A stretch of DNA of 28,849 nt from a virus. Its lineage: Duplodnaviria > Caudoviricetes. The notes under the pieces were generated by a model. The model had not been told where the DNA came from. It ran no database searches and worked only from the letters and a program-made list of their open reading frames with translations. Where the stretch lies: IMG/VR virus record IMGVR_UViG_3300011334_000248, positions 1-28,849 of that record; one strand, written 5' to 3'. Position numbers and translations under genes: made by a program. Of the stretch, positions 9,201-16,778 are shown piece by piece; the stretch's first letter is position 1; the number at the start of each line of letters is the position of its first letter.

Positions 9201-12200
9201 AATACTTTTATAGGACCATCTGCTGCTGATAAAGCATACAAGCCGCCGGAAAACATTGCCCAAATCAAAGGCCCTGGCAACGGTGCGCCAGCGGACTATG
9301 TTAAACCTTACGTGCAGGACTTTGTTAAGTCGGGCAAGTGGGGAGATGTTCTAGATTTAGACAATGCTGGTTTAGTTAGAAACATGGTTACGGGAGCTTA
9401 CGAACAACGAGTTCCTGCTCGCTATGAGCAAGGTTCCTCCAGGCCCGAACAGCTCGCCCTAATCGCCGGCGGAGCAGCCGCGGCAGCCTACCTCGCCAGT
9501 GATCCAGATCCCGACAAGCTAGCTACTCTAGCAACCGCCCTGGGCGCCGGAGTCATCGCCTCACGCGGAGGTAAGTTTGCCGACCTACCCGAAGGGAAGT
9601 TGATTGAGACTTTCCGCGCTGGTGGCCGGGAAGGGGAGGCCGCAGCTGCGCAAATCTGGGAGAATACGAATAGACAGCTAGGTCGGACAATCGGTAATAT
9701 GAATCGGCAGCTGGATAAGGCGGGTATCCAGGATATAAGCCAGCGGGTTTACGAGAAGGTGTTTAAGGCGCTGAAGCAATCCCCCGATGATCCAGGTGGT
9801 TTTCGCGGAGAGGCTAAGCTGTCTACATTCCTTCACGGAGTCGCGTCGAATGAGGTTAAGAATTCCTTTGCCGCCGCTAGCCGCCGACCAGCTACTGACT
9901 CCATGACCGTGGATGCGGAAGGCACGACAGCGGTTCCTGAAAAATACATGATGGAGCAGAATCCTGAGCGCTACCAAAGCGCGGAGGATGTGACGTCTAA
10001 CAATCAGCTTGCCCAGCAAATGCAAAAGGCGCTGGATAAACTGCCTGAGGACTCTCGAGCGTTGTTTGAAGCTATTGAGATGGAAGGCCTGTCGTATCAG
10101 GAGGCAGCGGATCGCTTTGGAATTCCAATTGGAACTGTGCGCTCACGGGTCAGTCGGGCGAAGGATGCGCTAGGGCAGAGCCTGCGGCAGTACCGTACTC
10201 AGGGGGGAAAGATTGACACAGATGCGGTAATTGCTCTGGGCGCGTTAGGCAGCGGAGTGGCTCTGGGTGCGTATCTGGACTCTGACAATCCTATCCGCGG
10301 CGGGGTGCTAGGGGCAATTGGCGTAGCTGGGTTTGGGGCAATGGCAAAAGGCAAGCCAGGAAAGGGTCTCGAGTATACGCTAGGGTTAGTCTCAACTAAT
10401 CTAGGCGGTATATCCCAGCCGTTGCTGCGGCGCGCAAGGGATTATGAACGCTTTGTGATGGAACGGACAGATAAAGCACTGGATGCAGTTACACCTTTTA
10501 TTAAGGGAATTAAGAAACTACCCGCAGCGGCAGCTGATGCGTTAAATCTAGCGTTATTGCGGAATGATCTGGGCGAAATTACAGCGGCAATTAAGGGCAA
10601 TCCTGTGCTGGTAGCAGGGTATAAGCAGGTACAGAATCTTCTTGCAGCATTCCGGGCGGAGCAGATTGCTTTAGGCCGCTTTGCCGCCGGAGTTAATGAT
10701 TACTTTCCGCGGGTGCTTAAAGACCTAGAAGGGCTTAAGAAAGCACTAAGCTTGCCAATGCGTACGCACCTGGAAAATGCTCTGGCAAAAGCTGAAGCGG
10801 ATATGATTAAAGCGCGCGGGAGAGGGTTAAGCGATGTTGAGCGTTCACTTGTTGTTAATCGCTCGCTGCTAGCTTCTGCTCCTAATGCAAACTTGCCCGG
10901 GTTTGCCAAGGCGCGCGGGGTGGATGTTACGGCAGACCTAGCGCAATTCTACATGACACCTACGGAATCGTTACTGCGATATATCGTAGGTGCGATTGAA
11001 GATGCGGAAATGGCAAAGTTCTTTGGGAAAGACCTTGCGTCGAAGAAGCTAGCAAACGGGCAAATGGCTACGCACGTAGATGACTCGATTGGTAATCTTA
11101 TCCAGAGTGAGCTGAAGTCCGGAGCGCTTTCCGCTGACCAGCAACTTGCTATTAAAAGCATACTTGAGTCTCGCTTCAAGCAAGGCGAGCAGCAGATGGG
11201 TGGGTTTTTGCAGGATGTGCGGAATGCGACTAATATAGGATTGCTAGGTAACTTTGCCTCCGCAGCTACGCAGATTGGCGATTCACTAATGACTGTGTAT
11301 CATCACGGTTTAATGCCTACGCTTGGCGCGCTGCGGATGAAGCTGACCGGGTCTTCCCAGATTACGCCAAAAGAGTTTGGGCTAGTCAATCATATCGCAG
11401 AGGAAATGGGCAGTACACGTATTACTGGTAAGGCGTTACAGACTTTGTTTAAGTACACTGGATTTTCCGCCATTGATCAGTTTGCTAAAGGGTTGAATTT
11501 GCAAGCTGGATTGATTAAAAATCAGCAACTAGCGCAGACGCCGAAAGGCCAAGCAAAACTTGCTGAACGGTGGGGGCAGGCGTTTGGTGCGGAGTTTCCA
11601 CAGTTGCTGCAGGATCTTGCAGCGAAACGGATAAGTGAACCCGTTAAAAGTTTACTCTTTAGCGAACTGTCTAATGCTCAGCCAATTACGAAACTGGAAG
11701 TACCACAAGCATACCTTGATCATCCGAATGGTCGGATCTTGTACCAGATGAAAACGTATATGCTAAAGCAAATTGATGTAGTTCGGCGTGATGCGTATCA
11801 AGAGATTGCAAATGGTAACTACGTCAAGGGCGCGCGGAATCTGGTTGGGCTGGCAGCTGCAATGTCTCTTGCCAATATTCCAGGAGATATTGTTAAAGAT
11901 ATGCTGGCCGGGCGACCAGTCCAGCTAGACAAGATTGACTACGTGGAAAACATATTGCAGAACTTCGGCATCAACCACTACACGATGAGCAAGATTCACG
12001 CAGAGACCAAAGCTAAAGGGGTTGTAGAATTCGCCAAGGGAACTGTTACGCCGCCGATTCTCAGTATGCTTAGCGACCTAGATAAACCAGAGCGGCTGAT
12101 CAAGTACATCCCTGGCGTCGGCCGGCCACTGTACGATCGAGAGTTCGGCGGCAACGAGGCGCGGAAGTGGGCGGAGCTAGTCCAAGCTAAGCGCGTGGAG

Positions 12201-12305
12201 CGCGACCGCCTGGAAGAGCAGTCACCTGCGTTAAAGGCCGAACGTCTTCGCAAGGCGGCAGCTATCAAGCGTAAACGGGATGAGGCTATGCAGGCATTAC
12301 CTTGA
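6297..12305 (+). CDS. large polyvalent ejection protein with PcfJ-like domain and embedded ECF sigma factor
   Basis: 2002 aa; GAGGA RBS; last and largest gene of the ejection block; contains EGNALGHCVGGY (PcfJ-like), sigma regions 2 and 4, three hydrophobic hairpins and a helical C-terminal region (DYFPRV, HPNGRILYQMKTY). Confidence 0.75.
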   Translation: MAFITEADAFRRPADAAAPPASTPAAPAKLGNFITEEEATGYSAAPSAFDILGGQARAVTERVSAGARNLARPFSSVLWDAKPAPAFDTDPAANRFYRDRSVSPGSVMFSQTNQADTRAALEKELAGAPPPPPTFLGNPRKFVEGMTLGTVGQVSDMFSSIPKSVIGSAVYNYSRLYDELFTKLPRAESVKNAQALKDKWPQELNAPWSVVAKAMGPDALYFYENNPVAFVMGHIGKGIETAASGAGAATGTPVGDIMNLADATMGWLGVAGVKKGVTSSVKARTAQLRGALEPKAPVVPGGVEPMFAEGPLAPEAPLAPAAPAPGMGARLRGALQGVRRDFREASAMGTDAVAAAAEAVAASKARIAALTPETPIDLTEAPPAAPTKAELKAQADAVDSLVVDKAKLQEIFGIAAKKGPAAEAALVQNIFDRVLKPTTKVEPPPLAEPRAPYDATTFPPGEGPKTTLAELPVIIGETVTPDLVTSGLDKLKQGLLISAREAKAIRGLQVRAGEGVIVDQSGVPYFKRGSADPSLLKVLTLMGLSGIAAKQIYDWWNSSSGLSEDNTRDVGMGLAAAGAAGVMKPKGGMWHPSAVPALVKPLRGTQDGNVIRMYGDIAPDLLAPAESAALNKAVAMNSWSTNVVTRWLNKEAGTATDRAKDITLPTGETIESLTDQAFGSRPATGMGSLPSRDTPGLTKLIQEGKVGADTRIYQVANRGSDVQVGHQGDRIGESRELLNGYLSHVGDYIRSLNLTPEKLQQYDLPRAMLETSANDAKIAAQALKDFTKPNPIRIADTQALPVYEGKSYPSEMAPARKFSFNKDGSIRKMESIDLPAGEVQYTWHELKLPDALTPEQASRILPIDSWGSNTAIGRVPPDMRYKAVDAKGKVIIDNFSEQPAVGRTPEEAHLAGQMAQEGNALGHCVGGYCGNVLAGESRIISLRDQLGRSYATVELRPGIYKGYPITFRNTFIGPSAADKAYKPPENIAQIKGPGNGAPADYVKPYVQDFVKSGKWGDVLDLDNAGLVRNMVTGAYEQRVPARYEQGSSRPEQLALIAGGAAAAAYLASDPDPDKLATLATALGAGVIASRGGKFADLPEGKLIETFRAGGREGEAAAAQIWENTNRQLGRTIGNMNRQLDKAGIQDISQRVYEKVFKALKQSPDDPGGFRGEAKLSTFLHGVASNEVKNSFAAASRRPATDSMTVDAEGTTAVPEKYMMEQNPERYQSAEDVTSNNQLAQQMQKALDKLPEDSRALFEAIEMEGLSYQEAADRFGIPIGTVRSRVSRAKDALGQSLRQYRTQGGKIDTDAVIALGALGSGVALGAYLDSDNPIRGGVLGAIGVAGFGAMAKGKPGKGLEYTLGLVSTNLGGISQPLLRRARDYERFVMERTDKALDAVTPFIKGIKKLPAAAADALNLALLRNDLGEITAAIKGNPVLVAGYKQVQNLLAAFRAEQIALGRFAAGVNDYFPRVLKDLEGLKKALSLPMRTHLENALAKAEADMIKARGRGLSDVERSLVVNRSLLASAPNANLPGFAKARGVDVTADLAQFYMTPTESLLRYIVGAIEDAEMAKFFGKDLASKKLANGQMATHVDDSIGNLIQSELKSGALSADQQLAIKSILESRFKQGEQQMGGFLQDVRNATNIGLLGNFASAATQIGDSLMTVYHHGLMPTLGALRMKLTGSSQITPKEFGLVNHIAEEMGSTRITGKALQTLFKYTGFSAIDQFAKGLNLQAGLIKNQQLAQTPKGQAKLAERWGQAFGAEFPQLLQDLAAKRISEPVKSLLFSELSNAQPITKLEVPQAYLDHPNGRILYQMKTYMLKQIDVVRRDAYQEIANGNYVKGARNLVGLAAAMSLANIPGDIVKDMLAGRPVQLDKIDYVENILQNFGINHYTMSKIHAETKAKGVVEFAKGTVTPPILSMLSDLDKPERLIKYIPGVGRPLYDREFGGNEARKWAELVQAKRVERDRLEEQSPALKAERLRKAAAIKRKRDEAMQALP
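9024..9330 (+). other. PcfJ-like domain within the 2002-aa protein (about aa 910-1011)
   Basis: EG..LGHCVGGY...V..G..RIISLRD......TVEL...QIKG.GN follows the PcfJ family signature. Confidence 0.7.
9576..10190 (+). other. RpoE-like ECF sigma-70 domain within the 2002-aa protein (about aa 1094-1298)
   Basis: Region 2: QDISQRVYEKVFKAL...FRGEAKLSTFLHGVASNEVKN. Region 4: ALDKLPEDSRALFEAIEMEGLSYQEAADRFGIPIGTVRSRVSRAKDAL. Spacing and ~205-aa length match a whole ECF sigma. Confidence 0.9.
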
Positions 12306-12313
12306 AAATAAAT

Positions 12314-12341
12314 GGAACTAAAGCAACAGTCTCGGGTCTAA
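12314..12341 (+). promoter_or_regulatory. sigmaE/ECF-type promoter, GGAACTA-N16-TCTAA
   Basis: -35 element at 12314-12320, 16-nt spacer, -10 element at 12337-12341; intergenic, just after the stop of the sigma-bearing gene. Confidence 0.75.
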
Positions 12342-12417
12342 CAGATTGTATGCGGTGATTTTAAGTAGCATTGGAAGGCACAGCTATGACTGGGTGGATT
12401 AATAAGAGGCAAGGTTA

Positions 12418-12744
12418 ATGACTGGTCGTGCAGACTTTCTTGACCTCGGCGACTGGAACGCGGTATGCTACCAGTGCGGGAGGAAGCGTAAGGCTAGCAC
12501 GCTTATGCGGCAGTGGCAAGGGTACTATGTTTGCCCCGAGCACTGGGAGACTCGGCAACCGCAGGATTTCGTACGGAGTGTTCCGGATGTGCAGACTCCG
12601 TCCTGGGCGCAGCCAATGCCAGCGAATGTGTTTGGGCTGATGTGTACGCCTAATGGACAGAGTGCAGTGCCAGGGCAGATGGAACCTGGGTGTATAGTGC
12701 CGGGGTGGTTGAGCACTGCGTATAATCCAGAATCGGATATTTAA
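12418..12744 (+). CDS. small Cys/His zinc-binding phage protein
   Basis: WNAVCYQCG...VCPEHWE.RQPQDFV; CxxC...CxxH pattern seen in podovirus structural regions. Confidence 0.6.
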   Translation: MTGRADFLDLGDWNAVCYQCGRKRKASTLMRQWQGYYVCPEHWETRQPQDFVRSVPDVQTPSWAQPMPANVFGLMCTPNGQSAVPGQMEPGCIVPGWLSTAYNPESDI

Positions 12745-12752
12745 GGAATTTT

Positions 12753-13028
12753 ATGCCACTTCATGTACCGTTTATAGATAATGACGTATCGTCTGGCAAC
12801 CGCGTTATGGCGGACTGGCTGAATGGAGTTAATAATTATACCTATGGGCCGGTTAGTAATCTTGTTGGGGATGGAGTTACGTTAACTTTCGCTACGACAG
12901 GAACGGCAAGATCAGTCTATATTAACGGGGTTTATCAGAATATTAACACTTATACTACAACAAGTGCTAATATTCTATTTAGCCAAGCACCGCCCGATAC
13001 ATCTATTATTGAAGTTGTTTACAACTAG
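12753..13028 (+). CDS. tail fibre attachment/adaptor module
   Basis: AAGGA RBS; ADWLN.VN fibre N-terminal motif and GDG..LTF...VYINGVYQ...Y.....I.FS.APP..S.IEV beta module. Confidence 0.6.
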   Translation: MPLHVPFIDNDVSSGNRVMADWLNGVNNYTYGPVSNLVGDGVTLTFATTGTARSVYINGVYQNINTYTTTSANILFSQAPPDTSIIEVVYN

Positions 13029-13036
13029 GAATCGCC

Positions 13037-13651
13037 ATGTTAAAAGTTGCAAATTCAGTCATTGACGCCAGTAGGATTACAGGTGTTCTACCCGTAGCTA
13101 ACGGCGGCACAGGCGTAACCACAAGCACAGGCACTGGCAACACGGTACTGTCTGCCTCGCCTACGCTGTCTGGTGACGTTAACCTATCCACAGGCAATCT
13201 AGTTATTGGCACATCTGGCAAAGGCATTGACTTCTCCGCTACATCATCAGGCTCTGGCACGATGACCAGCGAGTTGCTGGCTGACTATGAAGAAGGTACT
13301 TGGACGCCTACGGATGGGTCAGGTGCTGGACTTAGTTTTACTGTTTACAATCCAACGTATACCAAAATTGGTAGATTGGTTCAAATTGAAGCCTCAATTT
13401 TGTGGCCTTCAACACTAAGCGTTGACGAAACAAAAATTAGTGGACTACCTTTTACTGCGGCAGGTGGCGATGACAATACTGCCGGTATGTTTATGTCTGG
13501 TACAAATGTTGGAGTTGCGGCAGCTAACTATTTGTGGCAAGTAGGTAGAGGCCAAACAAGTATTTTAGGAGCAACTAACTCAAACACAGGCATTACAAAT
13601 GCCAATATGTCTGGAAAATTTGTAAAACTTTGTGGTATGTATCACGTTTAG
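13037..13651 (+). CDS. tail fibre protein (short)
   Basis: LPVANGGTG, VLSASPTL, GKGIDFSA, L.DYEEGTWTP, YTKIGRLV and ISGLPF fibre motifs. Confidence 0.75.
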   Translation: MLKVANSVIDASRITGVLPVANGGTGVTTSTGTGNTVLSASPTLSGDVNLSTGNLVIGTSGKGIDFSATSSGSGTMTSELLADYEEGTWTPTDGSGAGLSFTVYNPTYTKIGRLVQIEASILWPSTLSVDETKISGLPFTAAGGDDNTAGMFMSGTNVGVAAANYLWQVGRGQTSILGATNSNTGITNANMSGKFVKLCGMYHV

Positions 13652-13660
13652 GAATAGAAA

Positions 13661-15337
13661 ATGTCACTTACAAAAGTAAGCCATTCGATGATCTCCAATG
13701 CTCCAGTATATGTGGAGGATTTTGGAGCTACAACATCAGATACCGTTGGTACAACAAATCTCGCTGCAATCCAAGCCGCTATAGATACGGGGAAAGATGT
13801 TTGTTTTAACGGTTTTTATACTGTTAACGGCCCTATTCAAGTTTTTAATGAACAAAGATTGTTTACCGAAAAATCATGGACAAACTATCTGGCGGGGATA
13901 AATTTTAAAATTACCAGCGTAGTTAATATTGATTTAATTACAGGGAAGAATGGTTATTATTTACAAGACACCGTATTTGAAGCACTTTCTTTTGTAATTG
14001 ATGCAGCAAGCACTTTTTTAAGGACAACTACTGTTCGCATGATTTATGGCGCTGGTCGCCGTATTCAGTTACGCAATGTTGAATCGACGAATAAAGCTAA
14101 TGCTCCTAATGTGGCAATTGCCACGATTAGTGCTGTCGGTGCAGTTGCATCGGTTACCACAGCTTCACCGCATGGGTTGTCGAATGGAACATGGATTAGG
14201 GTCACTGGGGTTGGCTTTCCAGATGGAACTTCTAGCACCCTACCCTATTCTGGTTTGTTTCAAATCTCCAGTGTTGGTGCGTCTTCTTTTAATTACACGA
14301 TGGGGTCAGTTCCCTTAAACCTTACACCAGCCATAAATGCTTACTACGCAAGTTTTCAAGCTGAATCGGCAGGGACAATTGCATTTTCTAGGTTTCTTTA
14401 TTTAGATGGCGCACTAATTCCAACCTTTGAACTAATGATGGACGGGTGCTTAATTTATGGTGGGTATAACTGTGATGTCCAACTGCAAGGCAGCACCGTC
14501 CCTGCTGCTGGCAATGGCTTAATGGTTGGGATGACTATTACAAATAGTCAAATAAATTCGCAATGTAACGATTGGACAAACGGCTGTGCAAACATTGCTT
14601 TGCAAAACGGAAACCAAAATGTTTTTTACGCCAATATTTTAGGCAGCTTGTCGTCTAATTTTAGGATTGGTGGGGATAATGAAAGCAATATTATTGCCTA
14701 TAACTATTATGAGGGTTCTAATAGCGGATTGAGAAGGATTGGACTTTTCAACAATACAACCAGCACGCTTATATCTGAATCAATATTTGACCCAACTAAC
14801 GGATCAATTTATTCAGAAACAACTGGTACATACAGTTTTTACGGTCACTCAGGTATTGTTTTAAAGAGTGGCACGGCTCGACTTGGATCGTTACTTAAAA
14901 ATTATGAAGTCGGTACATTAACTGCAACCTTTTCGCCAACAACCGGGGCATTTACAGTGCCTCCAGTTTACGTAAGTCAAGCAGTTAATTTTGTCAGGAT
15001 TGGCAATGTTGTAACAGTGACAGTAGATATTAGAACTACATCTATGGACATAGCCACTGGTACACCGGCAGGCGCTGTAAAGATAAATTGTTTGCCTTAT
15101 AGCATTGCCAATAGTGGTGGCATTTTAGAAACAGCAGGCGCGGTTGTTGCGGATAACACAGGCTGGGGAACCGGCGCACCAAATATTGTAGTAGGTTTGG
15201 AGGGAAATAAATATGTTACTCCATATTACACCGTAAGCAATAGTGCTAACGTGGCTAAAATTGTAAGTGAGTTGGCAACGGGCGCTAATGCCAATCATGT
15301 TTTATTCACCATGACTTACATCACGGATGAAAGTTAA
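13661..15337 (+). CDS. tail spike / receptor-binding protein with pectate-lyase-like beta-helix
   Basis: MSLTKVS N-terminus; V.DFGA.....N.AAIQAAID beta-helix cap; Asn/Gly-rich rungs; visibly AT-rich DNA. Confidence 0.75.
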   Translation: MSLTKVSHSMISNAPVYVEDFGATTSDTVGTTNLAAIQAAIDTGKDVCFNGFYTVNGPIQVFNEQRLFTEKSWTNYLAGINFKITSVVNIDLITGKNGYYLQDTVFEALSFVIDAASTFLRTTTVRMIYGAGRRIQLRNVESTNKANAPNVAIATISAVGAVASVTTASPHGLSNGTWIRVTGVGFPDGTSSTLPYSGLFQISSVGASSFNYTMGSVPLNLTPAINAYYASFQAESAGTIAFSRFLYLDGALIPTFELMMDGCLIYGGYNCDVQLQGSTVPAAGNGLMVGMTITNSQINSQCNDWTNGCANIALQNGNQNVFYANILGSLSSNFRIGGDNESNIIAYNYYEGSNSGLRRIGLFNNTTSTLISESIFDPTNGSIYSETTGTYSFYGHSGIVLKSGTARLGSLLKNYEVGTLTATFSPTTGAFTVPPVYVSQAVNFVRIGNVVTVTVDIRTTSMDIATGTPAGAVKINCLPYSIANSGGILETAGAVVADNTGWGTGAPNIVVGLEGNKYVTPYYTVSNSANVAKIVSELATGANANHVLFTMTYITDES

Positions 15338-15368
15338 GCCCACTTTTTAATTTTGCAAAGGAACTATT

Positions 15369-15617
15369 ATGTCTCTTCAAAAACAAACCGTAGTTGATCA
15401 AATTGAAGTGGTCGAAAATGGCTGCGTACAAGTTCGTACCAAGACCGCCATCATGGAAGATGGAAAGCAGATCAGCGGCGCGTTCCACCGCCATGTCGTT
15501 GCCCCTGGTGATGACTACAGCGGCGAGGATGCCCGTGTCAAAGCCATCTGCAAAGCAACGCATACAGCGTCTGTGGTGGCGGCTTACAAGGCGGCACAAG
15601 CTGCCGCTACGCCATAA
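15369..15617 (+). CDS. tail-fibre-associated small protein (chaperone-like)
   Basis: AAGGA RBS; DQIEV...G.VQVR...I.EDG..IS..FHRHVV.P family commonly found after such fibres. Confidence 0.65.
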   Translation: MSLQKQTVVDQIEVVENGCVQVRTKTAIMEDGKQISGAFHRHVVAPGDDYSGEDARVKAICKATHTASVVAAYKAAQAAATP

Positions 15618-15654
15618 TTAGGCACGAGCCGCTGAATAACCTTGAAAGACAAAT

Positions 15655-15996
15655 ATGCTTACTACACCTGAAGCAACTGCTTTTGCCCCGCTAGGGCCTA
15701 CTGTAACTTTTACCGCAGCTACACCTACACCGCCAACGGCAGTACAAGCTACTGTTAATACCGGAGAAACCGCGGCAGGGATGTACCGGATAGTTAATGT
15801 TGGTGCGGTAACAGTGTTCCTGGGCGTCGGAACGTCAAGTGCGTTGGCTATTACGGCGGCGAGTTCGCTGGCGACTTCTATCCCGATGGTAGCAGGGGCA
15901 GTGGAAATACTGCGGTTTGCGCCGAATCTTTACTTTACCGGACTGTCGGCTTCATCAACTGCCGTTGTCTATGTAACGCAAGGCCAAGGGCTTTGA
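15655..15996 (+). CDS. putative small virion structural protein
   Basis: 113 aa beta-rich sequence (YRIVN.G...VFLG.G, VYVTQGQG). Confidence 0.55.
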   Translation: MLTTPEATAFAPLGPTVTFTAATPTPPTAVQATVNTGETAAGMYRIVNVGAVTVFLGVGTSSALAITAASSLATSIPMVAGAVEILRFAPNLYFTGLSASSTAVVYVTQGQGL

Positions 15997-15997
15997 C

Positions 15998-16243
15998 ATG
16001 GAAGCTGTTACTGAACGCCGAGCGGAACGCTGGCATCTTAAAAAGGAAATCCAGCTAACGCACGTTATTAGTACCTTGGTGCTGGTGGGCGCAGTGCTGG
16101 CTTACGTCAGCAAGATTGAGCAGCGGCTGACGATTGTCGAGACTCAACTGCTGGCCCAGCGGGATGCGGCGGTATTGCAACGAGCGCAGCTTGAGCGCAT
16201 GGATGCCAAGCTAGACAGATTGATTGAGCGCGGCAGCAAGTAA
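15998..16243 (+). CDS. single-TM coiled-coil protein (holin/antiholin-like)
   Basis: Hydrophobic VISTLVLVGAVLAYV followed by a coiled coil ending LERMDAKLDRLIE; starts the lysis cluster. Confidence 0.55.
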   Translation: MEAVTERRAERWHLKKEIQLTHVISTLVLVGAVLAYVSKIEQRLTIVETQLLAQRDAAVLQRAQLERMDAKLDRLIERGSK

Positions 16244-16395
16244 TGGAATTTCTGGAAGCACTGGCGAAGGGTTGGCCGATGCTGCTGGCGCTGATTACGC
16301 TGATTATTGTGCTGGCAAAGATGGATATAAAGATTGCTGTGTTGGAAGAAAAAGTTAAAAGCCTGTTCGAGATATTCAATAGGAAAGACAAATGA
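16243..16395 (+). CDS. 50-aa single-TM membrane protein (absent from ORF track)
   Basis: MEFLEALAKGWPMLLALITLIIVLAKMDIKIAVLEEKVKSLFEIFNRKDK; TAATG and ATGA overlaps with both neighbours fill the gap exactly. Confidence 0.75.
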   Translation: MEFLEALAKGWPMLLALITLIIVLAKMDIKIAVLEEKVKSLFEIFNRKDK

Positions 16396-16778
16396 TTGGA
16401 CTAGACGCTATTCTTGGCATCGGCGGCAAGCTGATTGACAAGCTGATTCCTGACCCTGCCGCCCAAGATGCCGCACGGTTGGAGTTGCTCAAGCTGCAAC
16501 AGAGTGGCGAACTGGCGGCGATGACTGCTCAGACTGAAATTAACAAGGCAGAGGCTAGCAACCCCAGCGTGTTCGTCAGCGGCTGGCGTCCAGCGATTGG
16601 TTGGGTCTGCGCCCTGGCAATGGGCTATCAATACCTGGCTCGACCTCTGCTGGTTGCCTTCATGCCTGCTTTGGCGTTCCCCGGCTTGGACGATAACCTT
16701 TGGCAGTTGATGATGGGGATGCTTGGCCTGGGCGGTCTCAGGACGTTTGAGAAGACCCAAGGCGTAGCATCAAAGTGA
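16392..16778 (+). CDS. holin (GTA-type 3TM holin family)
   Basis: IDKLIPDP, SGWRPAIGWVC and GMLGLGGLRTFEK signatures; directly upstream of the endolysin. Confidence 0.8.
   Translation: MIGLDAILGIGGKLIDKLIPDPAAQDAARLELLKLQQSGELAAMTAQTEINKAEASNPSVFVSGWRPAIGWVCALAMGYQYLARPLLVAFMPALAFPGLDDNLWQLMMGMLGLGGLRTFEKTQGVASK

Noticed and set aside
15360-15390. GGAACTA before the 82-aa gene, and other isolated GGAACTT hits (4278, 7463, 14225)
   Set aside because: No matching -10 element at 16-nt spacing; the 15360 hit coincides with the RBS.
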